Source: Macrostomum lignano (taxonomy: Eukaryota). Taken from it: a DNA stretch of 64,000 nt. The stretch spans positions 388,297 through 452,296 of the forward strand of contig NIVC01000232.1 in assembly GCA_002269645.1 (NCBI GenBank), given 5' to 3'. Positions 12,395-24,853 of this stretch are shown here, piece by piece. The notes beneath the pieces were generated by a model. The model worked only from the letters and a program-made list of their open reading frames with translations, was not told the origin of the DNA and did no database searches. Position numbers and translations under genes: made by a program. How positions within the stretch are numbered: the first letter of the stretch is position 1; each line of letters opens with the position of its first letter.

Positions 12395-13065
12395 ATTGGA
12401 GTAGGTGTGTTTGAATTGGCTAATTGGTTATCAGGTGTGAAGATTGGGGTTGGTGTATCTTTATTGGCTAATTGGTTATCAGGTGTGGAGGCTGGGGTGG
12501 GTGTGTCTGAATTGGATAATTGGTTATCAGGTGTGGAGGCTGGGGTGGGTGTGTCTGAACTGGCTAATTGGTTATCAGGTGTGGAGGCTGGGGTGGGTGT
12601 GTCTAAACTGGCTAATTGGTTATCAGGTGTGGAGGCTGGGGTGGGTGTGTCTGAACTGGCTAATTGGTTATCAGGTGTGGAGGCTGGGGTGGGTGTGTCT
12701 GAATTGGCTAATGGGTTATCAGGTGTGGAGGCTGGGGTGGGTGTGTCTGAATTGGATAATTGGTTATCAGGTGAGGAGGCTGGGGTGGGTGTGTCTAAAT
12801 TGGCTAATGGGTTATCAGGTGTGGAGGCTGGGGTAGGTGTGTCTGAATTGGATAATGGGTTATCAGGTGTGGAGGCTGGGGTAGGTGTGTCTGAATTGGA
12901 TAATTGGTTATCAGGTGTGGAGATTGGGGTGGTTGTGTCTAAATTGGCTAATGGGTTATCAGGTGTGGAGATTGGGGTGGGTGTGTTTGAGTTGGCTAAT
13001 GGGTTATCAGGTGCAAAGATTGGGGTAGGTGTGTCTGAATGGCTAGTTGGTTATCAGGTGTCCGG
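12395..13065. repeat. 48-bp minisatellite immediately upstream of the caspase ATG
   Basis: Unit ggtgtggaggctggggtgggtgtgtctgaattggctaattggttatca. Confidence 0.95.
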
Positions 13066-13682
13066 TGTTTGAAAATTTTAAGAGGCAGTTTTTTCGAAAA
13101 AAGACACTACGGAAATAGGAACTTTTTATTTTTTCAGCACAAAAATTGTTACTGATTTCGATAGGAGGCAGACCTAATTTTCATCTTTTTAAATGTTTTG
13201 CCTTCTTATAGCTCTATTGATATTCATAAAGCTTTTTTTTATAAAATAGGGTTTTATGTTAATTTTATTTATTCTACGTACATTGTGCTAGAAATCATAA
13301 AAATGCGTGGCCCAGTTTGACTTATTATGGTTTTATGAATGTATTTTATCATCTCTGTTTAAACATACTGTTACACAGTCAGCTAATAATCATAAAATAG
13401 ATTCATAAAACTAATGAGTCGAGCCTTGCAATTTTAATGGTTAATTTTAGGCACAGGATATGTACGTCCATGGATAATTTCTAACAATTAAAATGAAAGT
13501 TTATATGAAAAGGCATGAAATGAAAAACGCATTGATTTAATAATATATTTAAAAATAAATAAACAGGATGAGTTATAAACTTTCTATTCCGAACAGCAGC
13601 ATATGTACGTAGGCAGTGACAGACACGAGTTTCCGTTTAACATATTATTAATTCTCTAGAGAACACGACACCACGGTAAAGT

Positions 13683-14110
13683 GCAGATACTAGAATAACC
13701 AGATGGGCCACTCAGCGCATTTGCGTGTAAGCTACTGTCAGTTCAGTAGTAAGTTAAACAGAAAAATATTAATGTATTTTTAAATTCAAGACTCATTTAT
13801 TGGCTCTTACCCCCAGCTTAGCTATCCAACCGGCGTACCCCCCCTCCGCCTCGCCCCAATTTTTATTGCTCTAATTTTATCTCGGAAAATTCCAGCCTAA
13901 AGCTGCCATGTACATTTCGGTGGACTGGCTAATGTACATTAGTGCTGAACCAATTAGCAAGCTGTTTACGCCTGCAAGCTTTGGCTTCTAAGCTTATCAA
14001 AGTCATTTCAGCTGCATTTATTTCTATAAAATAGCTTAAGTATTCTTCTTTGTTACTGAACTGAAAGTATAAAGCTGTTTTAGTAAGTAATATGTACCGT
14101 ATGTCTGAGT
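13683..14110. mobile_element. Diverged, right-truncated copy of MITE family A
   Basis: cagatactagaataaccagatgggccactcag left end with collinear body; right TIR breaks off after ctgagtg. Confidence 0.8.
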
Positions 14111-14704
14111 GTTAAGTAAAAATTTATAACTGCATACTATATAAACATTGAAAATTCATCAAAACAGAATATTTTACACGTTTGCAATATTTAAGAGGGT
14201 TGTTAAACAGAATACATAAGATAGCCAACTTACCACGAAGAGTGCAAAAATTATTGAAATAATATTTTAATATTAAATCTGTGCAACTTTTACATCACAG
14301 AGTATAAAGAAAGTCATCAATTTTAATTTTAGAAAATAATATTTTAAAACTATGACTTTGAGAATATTTACATAGTAGGTTTAAACAATATTAATGTGTA
14401 AAATTGTGACTAATAGCTTTATTATAACGGATAAACACATTCAGTCTTACACCTATCATATCGAAACATTGTTAAACAAAACAATCAGCAGATTATCTAT
14501 GCTAAGCAGAGAAAATTAGGTTCTGTATTTACAATAAAGTGGGCCAGCCGTGCGTTTGATTTCAATCAGACAGTAAAAGACAAAACAATGAAAACAGTTT
14601 GGCATCCAAATAACATTTTTGAGTTTTTTTCGCAGTTAACACTTTGCATAATGCGAACGATGAATTAATAGAAAAAAATCTCTAATGGATAGGTAAGGTC
14701 CATG

Positions 14705-15295
14705 AATAACAGGCATAACCGGTGTCTAACAGGTAGAACCGGTGTCTAACGGGTATAGCCGGTGTCTAACAGGTATAACCAGTGTCTAACAGGTATAACT
14801 AGTGTTTAACAGGTAGACCCGGTGTCTAACAGGTAGGGCCAGTGTTAACAGGTAGAACCGGTGTCTAACAGGCATAACCGGTGTCTAACAGGTAGAACCG
14901 GTGTCTATCAGGTAGAACCGGTGTCTAACGGGTATAGCCGGTGTCTAACAGGTAGAACCAGTGTTTAGCAGCTATAACTAGTGTTAACAGGTAGACCGGT
15001 GTCTAATAGGTAGAACCAGTGTTTAGCAGCTATAACTAGTGTTAACAGGTAGACCGGTGTCTAATAGGTAGAACCAGTGTTTAGCAGCTATAACTAGTGT
15101 TAACAGGTAGACCGGTGTCTAACAGGTATAACCAGTGTTTAGCAGCTATAACTAGTGTTAACAGGTAGACCGGTGTCTAACAGGTAGAACCCGTTTCTAA
15201 CAGGTAGGGCTAGTGTCTAAGAGGTATAAACGGTGTCTAACAAGTCAACCCGGTGTCTAACAGGTACAAAAAGTGTCTAACAGGTATAACTAATG
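14705..15295. repeat. About 20-bp minisatellite (taacaggtagaaccggtgtc)
   Basis: Direct reading. Confidence 0.9.
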
Positions 15296-15619
15296 TCCTA
15301 AAGGGTAGGAACTCATCTCATAACACATAAACACATTCACACTATAAGTAAATTCGCATCATACAAATAAAAAAAATGAATAATATAATATGTAAACTGC
15401 GCCCTAAATTTAATTATAGTTACAGATCAAACACCCAGCTGCAAATACACGTTACACAAATATTTTCCTGCTTTTTTAAATTATTATTAAAAATGAACCT
15501 AATAGGCGATTTCAACAAATTCCATAGACGCCAGTGGGTAATTGGTATATTTTAACATGCACAGTTAAATATTTTACTTTATCCTCATTGTCAGTGTACG
15601 CATATGGTGGAGGCTATCC

Positions 15620-16174
15620 CAATAACTAAGGATCTGGGAGGCTGGCTCAGCAACTGATGATTTGGGAGGCTGGTCCGGCGACTGACACTCTGGGAGGCTG
15701 GCCCAGCAACTGACACTCTGGGAGGCTGGCCCAGCAACTGGGGATCTGGGAGGCTAGTCGAACAGCAACCGAGGATCTGGGAGGCTGGTGGAACAGCAAC
15801 TGAGGATCTGGGAGGCTGGCTCAGCAACTGAGGATCTGGGAGGCTGGTGGAACAGCAACTGAGGATCTGGGAGGCTGGCCCAACAACTGAGGATCTGGGA
15901 GGCTGGCCCAACAACTGAGGATCTGGGAGGCTGGCTCAGCAAATGAGGATCTGGGAGGCTGGTGGAACAGCAACTGAGGATCTGGAGGGCTGGCCCAACA
16001 ACTGAGGATCTGGGAGGCTGGCTTAGCAACTGAGGATCTGGGAGGCTGAATGGCCCAGCAACTGAGGATCTGGGAGGCTGAATGGCCCAGCAACTGAGGA
16101 TCTGGGAGGCTAGTCGAACAGCAACTGAGGATCTGGGAGGCTGAATGGCCCAGCAACTGAGGATCTGGGAGGCT
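15620..16174. repeat. 28-31-bp minisatellite, locus 3 of the 28-bp family, abutting the duplication's left breakpoint
   Basis: Same core cagcaactgaggatctgggaggct. Confidence 0.93.
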
Positions 16175-16321
16175 ACCAACAAAGGATTTGTATCAAAACT
16201 ATCAATACACCTGGCTTGTACTTTCTCTTCTACTCCCTATGCATATACAATACATGTTCCCATATTAAATCCCGATTAGCCTTTTACAGCGACGATACAC
16301 TATATGCAAACAAAAATCAGG

Positions 16322-19300
16322 TCAACCAGAATGATCTGACAGTTTCACCGCAACAGAGTCGCCAGTCTGGATGGCATCACCGCCAACGCCGGACAAACCG
16401 CTGCTACTTGGCTTCGGCGTTGGCTGAACAGTCTTAGTTTGCACCGACAGTCGGGCCACCCCAAACTTGGCATAGGCAAAGATAGCGGCAATAACAGGGA
16501 AGTTCCCAGCACAAACTGCGGACTCAACTGGAAGTTGAACATGTAGATTGAAAATATGCACGCAATGATGATGGCGGCGGATGTTGCAAATCCTTTAATG
16601 ATATTGTCGAGATATTTCACTACAACGGCTACTACAAGGCCGCCAACGCTCTGCAGTAAGATGACGAACAGCACCCAGCCGTCGTAACCATACAGGAATC
16701 CTTTGTTCATCAGCATGGAGCCGTCATTAATATAAGCGGTTGCCACGCCGAATAGCACGCCTTCAAATGCAAGCTGAACATTGCGCCACCATAGCGACTT
16801 CTCCGTGTTCTTGAGCATGAACTCAAAGTAAACACCAGCGAAGCCTGCGCGAGTTGGAAGGGCTCTGGGAATGTATCTAACACACGAAAGTGTATATCTA
16901 AAATATGCAACTGTGTATTTAACATATACAATTATGTATCTAACAAGTAAGAGATGTGTCTAACAGGTAAGAGATGTATCTAACAAGTAAGAGAAGTGTC
17001 TAACAGGTAAGAGATGTATCTAACAAGTAAGAGAAGTGTCTAACAGGTAAGATATGTATCTAACAGATAAGAGATGTATCTTAAAGCCGTAAAAGGTAGG
17101 AGAAGTGTCTAACAGATATGTCTATCAGCTGTAAAAGATGTTTCTAACAGATGAGAGATGTGTCTAACAGGTAAGAGTTGTGTCTAACAGGTAAGAGATG
17201 TGTCTAACAAGTCAGAGATGTGTCTAACAGGTAAGAGATGTGTCTAACAGGTAAGAGATGTGTCTAACAAGTCAGAGATGTGTCGAACAGGTATAACAGA
17301 GAAATCAACAGAAACCAAGAAACCAAGGCTATGAAATTGAAAACATTTACTTTAATAATATCATATACGCTAAAACTACTTGTGCGCAATGCGCATAGTT
17401 TGACGAAGAAATCAGGTCAAAACAGTAAGAGGAAGTAGAGAGACGGGGTGCTTGACAAAAACCTAACACAATCGGAGGCAATATAAGACCGCCTATTCAG
17501 GCAGCTAGCAGCTGAACAAACATACGGTAGGGAATATTGGATCAGAAATTCTCAATAAGTCGTGGGTGGGTGCGAGTGAACCTTTACCGGCAAAGAATAA
17601 GCTGTTGACTTATAGTTTTATAGACAGAATCATAAGAGTCAATAATTGACTTTGCACTGACTGACTGACTGACAATCAAAATGATTCACTGACAAACCCA
17701 ACACACTGACAGAGTGACTCACTGACAAACCCAACACACTGACAGAGTGACTCACTGACAAACCCAACACACTGACTGAGTGACTCACTGACATACCCAA
17801 CACACTGACAGAGTGACTCACTGACAAACCCAACACACTTACAGAGTGACTCACTGACAAACCCAACACACTGACAGAGTGACTCACTGACAAACCCAAC
17901 ACACTGACAGAGTGACTCACTGACAAACCTAACACACTGACAGAGTGACTCACTGACAAACCCAACACACTGACAGAGTGACTCACTGACAAACCTAACA
18001 CACTGACAGAGTGACTCACTGACAAACCCAACACACTGACAGAGTGACTCACTGACAAACCTAACACACTGACAGAGTGACTCACTGACAAACCCAACAC
18101 ACTGACAGAGTGACTCACTGACAAACCTAACACACTGACAGAGTGACTCACTGACAAACCTAACACACTGACTGAGTGACTCACTGACAAACCTAACACA
18201 CTGACAGAGTGACTCACTGACAAACCTAACACACTGACAGAGTGACTCACTGACAAACCCAACACACTGACAGAGTGACTCACTGACAAACCTAACACAC
18301 TGACAGAGTGACTCACTGAAAAACCCAACACACTGACAGAGTGACTCACTGACAAACCTAACACACTGACTGAGTGACTCACTGACAAACCCAACACACT
18401 GACAGAGTGACTCACTGACAAACCTAACACACTGACAGAGTGACTCACTGACAAACCCAACACACTGACAGAGTGACTCACTGACAAACCTAACACACTG
18501 ACAGAGTGACTCACTGACAAACCTAACACACTGACTGAGTGACTCACTGACAAACCTAACACACTGACAGAGTGACTCACTGACAAACCTAACACACTGA
18601 CAGAGTGACTCACTGACAAACCCAACACACTGACAGAGTGACTCACTGACAAACCTAACACACTGACAGAGTGACTCACTGAAAAACCCAACACACTGAC
18701 AGAGTGACTCACTGACAAACCTAACACACTGACTGAGTGACTCACTGACAAACCCAACACACTGACAGAGTGACTCACTGACAAACCCAACACACTGACA
18801 GAGTGACTCACTGACAAACCTAACACACTGACAGAGTGACTCACTGACAAACCTAACACACTGACAGAGTGACTCACTGACAAACCTAACACACTGACAG
18901 AGTGACTCACTGACAAACCCAACACACTGACAGAGTGACTCACTGACAAACCCAACACACTGACAGAGTGACTCACTGACAAACCTAACACACTGACTGA
19001 GTGACTCACTGACAAACCTAACACACTGACAGAGTGACTCACTGACAAACCTAACACACTGACAGAGTGACTCACTGACAAACCCAACACACTGACAGAG
19101 TGACTCACTGACAAACCCAACACACTGACAGAGTGACTCACTGACAAACCCAACACACTGACAGAGTGACTCACTGACAAACCCAACACACTGACAGAGT
19201 GACTCACTGACAAACCTAACACACTGACTGAGTGACTCACTGACAAACCTAACACACTGACAGAGTGACTCACTGACAAACCTAACACACTGACAGAGTG

Positions 19301-22300
19301 ACTCACTGACAAACCCAACACACTGACAGAGTGACTCACTGACAAACCCAACACACTGACTGAGTGACTCACTGACAAACCTAACACACTGACAGAGTGA
19401 CTCACTGACAAACCTAACACACTGACAGAGTGACTCACTGACAAACCCAACACACTGACAGAGTGACTCACTGACAAACCCAACACACTGACAGAGTGAC
19501 TCACTGACAAACCCAACACACTGACAGAGTGACTCACTGACAAACCCAACACACTGACAGAGTGACTCACTGACAAACCCAACACACTGACTGAGTGACT
19601 CACTGACAAACCTAACACACTGACAGAGTGACTCACTGACAAACCCAACACACTGACAGAGTGACTCACTGACAAACCCAACACACTGACAGAGTGACTC
19701 ACTGACAAACCCAACACACTGACAGAGTGACTCACTGACAAACCCAACACACTGACAGAGTGACTCACTGACAAACCTAACACACTGACTGAGTGACTCA
19801 CTGACAAACCTAACACACTGACAGAGTGACTCACTGACAAACCTAACACACTGACAGAGTGACTCACTGACAAACCCAACACACTGACAGAGTGACTCAC
19901 TGACAAACCCAACACACTGACAGAGTGACTCACTGACAAACCCAACACACTGACTGAGTGACTCACTGACAAACCTAACACACTGACAGAGTGACTCACT
20001 GACAAACCCAACACACTGACAGAGTGACTCACTGACAAACCCAACACACTGACAGAGTGACTCACTGACAAACCTAACACACTGACAGAGTGACTCACTG
20101 ACAAACCCAACACACTGACAGAGTGACTCACTGACAAACCTAACACACTGACTGAGTGACTCACTGACAAACCCAACACACTGACAGAGTGACTCACTGA
20201 CAAACCCAACACACTGACAGAGTGACTCACTGACAAACCTAACACACTGACAGAGTGACTCACTGACAAACCCAACACACTGACAGAGTGACTCACTGAC
20301 AAACCCAACACACTGACAGAGTGACTCACTGACAAACCTAACACACTGACAGAGTGACTCACTGACAAACCCAACACACTGACAGAGTGACTCACTGACA
20401 AACCCAACACACTGACAGAGTGACTCACTGACAAACCTAACACACTGACAGAGTGACTCACTGACAAACCTAACACACTGACAGAGTGACTCACTGACAA
20501 ACCCAACACACTGACAGAGTGACTCACTGACAAACCCAACACACTGACAGAGTGACTCACTGACAAACCTAACACACTGACAGAGTGACTCACTGACAAA
20601 CCCAACACACTGACAGAGTGACTCACTGACAAACCCAACACACTGACAGAGTGACTCACTGACAAACCCAACACACTGACAGAGTGACTCACTGACAAAC
20701 CCAACACACTGACAGAGTGACTCACTGACAAACCCAACACACTGACACAGTGACTCACTGACAAACCCAACACACTGACACAGTGACTCACTGACAAACC
20801 CAACACACTGACAGAGTGACTCACTGACAAACCTAACACACTGACACAGTGACTCACTGACAAACCCAACACACTGACAGAGTGACTCACTGACAAACCC
20901 AACACACTGACAGAGTGACTCACTGACAAACCCAACACACTGACAGAGTGACTCACTGACAAACCCAACACACTGACAGAGTGACTCACTGACAAACCCA
21001 ACACACTGACTGAGTGGCTCAGTTGAAACGCAGACAATCAGATTGATACAGCTTAAACAATGATTTATAACAGATGAATTGAATTTCTTACCTGACATCA
21101 GACACGCTACAACCACAGCCAGCAATCCCAGCAAAGGATTCTGTTCCACGCCAACTTTATTATAATGTTTAACAGTCTGCAACTGCACAATGGCGACGCC
21201 AGCAAACAGGGCCACCAAGCTGACCCATTGTATTTTGCTCAACGCTTTACGGAGAATTATAACCGAAAAGAATGCCGTAGTGAGCAGTTTCAACTGGTAG
21301 GTGACCTGGGGTGTTGGTGAATTTGGTGAATGTGCAAGTAAACACGCTTTCTCCATCAAACAGCCCCTGTCTTTAAGTACCTTTTCCTTCAAACACTATC
21401 TGTCTTTAAGCGCCTTTTCCTTTAAACAGCCCCTGTCTTTAAGCGCATTTTCCTTTAAACAGCCCCTGTCTTTAAGCGCCTTTTCTTTCTAACAGCCGCT
21501 GTCTTTAAGCGCCTTTTCTTTCTAACAGCCCCTGTCTTATAGCGTTTTTCCATTCAAACAGCCCCTGTCTTTAAGTACCTTTTCCATTAAAACACTATCT
21601 GTCTTTAAGCGCGTTTTCCTTTAAACAGCCCCTGTCTTTAAGCGCCTTTTCCTTTAAACAGCCCCTGTCTTTAAGCGCCTTTTCTTTCTAACAGCCGCTG
21701 TCTTTAAGCGCCTTTTCTTTCTAACAGCCGCTGTCTTTGAGCGCCTTTTCCTTCAAACAGCCCCTGTCTTTAAGCGCCTTTTCCTTCAAACAGCCCCTGT
21801 CTTTGAGCGCCTTTTCCTTCAAACAGCCCTAGTCTTTAAGCGCTTCCTCCCTTCAAACAGCCCTAGTCTTTAAGCGCTTCCTCCCTTCAAACAGCCCTAG
21901 TCTTTAAGCGCTTCCTCCCTTCAAACAGCCCCAGTCTTTAAGCGCTTCTTCCCTTCAAACAGCCTCAGTCTTTAAGCGCTTCCTCCCGTCAAACAGCCCC
22001 AGTCTTTAAGCGCTTCCTTCCTTCAAACAGCCCCAGTCTTTAAGCGCTTCCTCCCTTAAAACAGCCCCAGTCTTTAAGCGCTTCCTCCCTTCAAATAGCC
22101 CCAGTCTTTAAGCGCTTCCTTCCTTCAAACAGCCCCAGTCTTTAAGCGCTTCCTCCCTTCAAACAGCCCCAGTCTTTAAGCGCTTCCTCCCTTAAAACAG
22201 CCCCAGTCTTTAAGCGCTTCCTCCCTTCAAATAGCCCCAGTCTTTAAGCGCTTCCTTCCTTCAAACAGCCCCAGTCTTTAAGCGCTTCCTTCCTTCAAAC

Positions 22301-22783
22301 AGCCCCAGTCTTTAAGCGCTTCCTCCCTTCAAACAGCCCCAGTCTTTAAGCGCTTCCTTCCTTCAAACAGCCCCTGTCTTTAAGCGCTTCCTCCCTTAAA
22401 ACAGCCCGTATTTAAACGCCAAACTGCCAGACTAAGCTCACCTGATAAGTAACAGCATCAAGGTTACTAATAGCAACATAGAGCAGATTATTTTGCAGCA
22501 CATATATCACAGCTGGTACAGATATTTTCAAACAGTCAATAGGATCTCCATATGTATTTTTAATGAGAAAATCGCTGAATGATTTCATAGAGCCGCACTC
22601 CCAGGCCACCAAGCCGCAGGACACAAAGAATTTCACCACCTCAGAGCAGACAACAGCAGTAGATGAGAAGAACATATCCCCAGGTCTGGTGCGAATGTAG
22701 CGCATCACAAGAATCAATGACACATTTTGCAATGTTAAAATAATCAATGTTGAAACTTTTATTAATTGATTATTTCCAGCCAT
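16322..22783 (-). CDS. SLC35A-family nucleotide-sugar transporter (UDP-Gal/UDP-GlcNAc type), copy 1, with a 1-nt deletion in exon 3
   Basis: Exons 22783-22442 (MAGNNQ..NLDAVTYQ), 21305-21092 (VTYQLKLLTTA..ACLMS), 16844-16322 (GFAGVYFE..SLWWRNVQL..VVKYLDNIIKGFATS). Exon 3 is 523 nt versus 524 nt in copy 2 (ataacaggg near 16494 vs ataaccaggg), which frameshifts the C-terminus. Confidence 0.88.
16935..17295. repeat. 20-bp minisatellite (taacaggtaagagatgtgtc), acceptor side of SLC35A intron 2, copy 1
   Basis: Direct reading. Confidence 0.9.
17685..21015. repeat. 33-bp minisatellite, about 100 units, donor side of SLC35A intron 2, copy 1
   Basis: Unit actgacaaacc(c/t)aacacactgac(a/t)gagtgactc. 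Confidence 0.98.
21350..22405. repeat. 34-bp minisatellite filling SLC35A intron 1, copy 1
   Basis: Unit aaacagccccagtctttaagcgcttcctcccttc, drifting in sequence along the array. Confidence 0.95.
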
Positions 22784-23479
22784 GGTAACCAATTGATCTG
22801 GCATGTGATATGCAACTTTGTTGCTTATCTGTTTGTCATGCATAATAATATGAAATATAGATGAAAATTATGCACAGGCAAATTGAATAATTGAATTGAT
22901 TGAATATTTTGTTATAATATTTAATTAGTATCAATTTTAATATTAGACCTTTGAAAATCTAATTAAAATTTATAAAAATTATCTAATTGCCAAAATTATA
23001 ACTTCTTATATAAAAGTTTATATTAGTTCTTTTTTAAATCTATCCTATCAAAAAACTGACGATGACAATCTTTTTATGGCTTTGACTTTTAATTTGGCCA
23101 TACCAATATGAAAATGGTTCTAGGGAACATATTGTTACCATGAAATTTATACTTGTATCTATAGTTAACATGTTTTTCAAAGAGTCTATGTGTCTCTCTC
23201 AGAGGCCTAGTATAGTATAGTTTTATAATGGACCCTCTGGATTAGCCTTGAATTGATTGGATTCTTAGCTAGTTAGCATTTTTAACTAACTTAGTTGCAT
23301 CAATAACTAGGTGTAAGTCATCCATTGTTGCTATCTTTGGCAAATTATCTGGTTAGAATACTCAAAAGTAAATAGGTCTAACTTGAAATACAACTCTCTA
23401 TGTTAATATAGTCTATAGCAATATTCATTTAGGGCTTCTTATAATAAAATTCATTAGATAGAAAGCAATTTATAACTTT

Positions 23480-24853
23480 AGGGGTTTAGGGCCATCTTTA
23501 GGTCATAGAATATATCTACTTAAGGGTTAGAAAGTCAAGGCCTTGAAAATGACTCTTGTAGTATATGGCCTACTATTAGCACCACCTAGGAGAAAGTTGA
23601 GGCAGTAACCAATTTGCTTGATAAGGATTGCCAAATTCAAGTTGCCACAATTGCCTAACCTGTGGCCATCTTAGCTAGGTCAGTGAATAAGATCATATGC
23701 CAAATCCTAAAATACAATAAGATTAGTGCCTGATAAGTATCCCAAATGCTTTCATAGGACCACAAGCAAAACTGGCTTAGCTCTTGCTGGCTTATGCTAG
23801 ACTTTTGCAACGAGAACCCAGATGGATTTAAGTGACAAATCATAACTGAAAATGAATACTGGATCTACTACTTTGATCCTAAGTTTAGGCAAGATTCCAT
23901 AGACTGGCAGCATTCTACCTAGGGAAGGGGCCCTACAAGTTCAAGCAAGCAAAAATTAGCTAGCAAGCTCTTAGCCTCTTAGCCTGTTTCTTTTGGGACT
24001 ATCAAGGAATCCTACTTGCCAAGTACTTGCTTATTGGGCACATTGCCATAGGTATCTGGTATGCTGAATAGCTAGGCTAGCTTTATTATGCAGTTGTCCA
24101 GAAGAAACAGGGAAGGTAAATGCTGCCCCCTTTCCTCTATTGCTTCATAACAATACCTCAGTTCACACTGCCCATGGTTGCAATTAATGCTGCCACTACT
24201 GTGGGGTTTGAAATCCTTATCTATCTGGCTTATTCATTAGAGGTCAGACGGGATTGAAATCTTTGGGCGGGATTGAGATAGGGATTCAGGAATTGGGATC
24301 AGGTCTTTTAATGTATTGTCCATATAAAGTTAAACAAAATTGAGAAAAGATTGTCAAGATCAAAAAGTAAAACACAACAAAATTGATATGAAGTTTTATA
24401 ACCAACAAAATAAATAATGTAACGAGTACAAGTTAAAGCAAAATACCTTCAAGCAATCACTAATACTAATTGTCTAATTCTATAAATTTTAATCAAAAGA
24501 CCTTTTCTTGAATCTTGAGTTTTTTAGGGTCAGGATTCTGGTCCCGCGGGAATTCAATTTTCCTTGGGATCCCAAGATTTTGGGATTGGGATCGGGATCC
24601 CATCGGACCTCTACTATTCACTAGACCTGGCACACCCAATTTCTATCTATTTTCCCATCAGCATAAGCAGCTACTCTGTAGGGCCTAGGCACTATTTTGA
24701 GTTTAACAAAGGGGTCATCAACCTTGCCAACTAGTGGCTAGAGGACCAACTAGCCAAGTTCTACACTAGTGATATCCGGGTACTGCTCAACCAATGGCAC
24801 TATGGCAGAAATGTATTGATTGCCAAGGCCAAGGGGACTATATTCAAAAATAA
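23480..24853 (+). mobile_element. Decayed mariner (Tc1/mariner) transposase relic, copy 1
   Basis: Broken-frame translation gives YNKISA*..PQML, IITENEYWIYYFDP..W, FWDYQGILL, LLHNNTSVHTA, GFEIL..AYSLDLA (YSPDL motif), WQKCIDCQ..GDYIQK*. Confidence 0.85.
24238..24613. mobile_element. hAT-type MITE family B nested in the mariner relic
   Basis: TIR TAGAGGTC(A/C)GA(C/T)GGGAT at both ends; diverged 8-bp TSD TTATTCAT/CTATTCAC; GGGAT subterminal repeats. Confidence 0.75.

Noticed and set aside
12407-13072. 221-aa GVEAGVGVSELANWLS repeat ORF
   Set aside because: Translation of a 48-bp array with an alternative start; no unique domain.
17639-21037. 1132-aa and 1238-aa ORFs (and copies at 28715-32468) as giant repeat proteins
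   Set aside because: They are translations of a 33-bp intronic array. The real SLC35A exons have canonical splice sites and family motifs on both sides. Kept only as a read-through curiosity.
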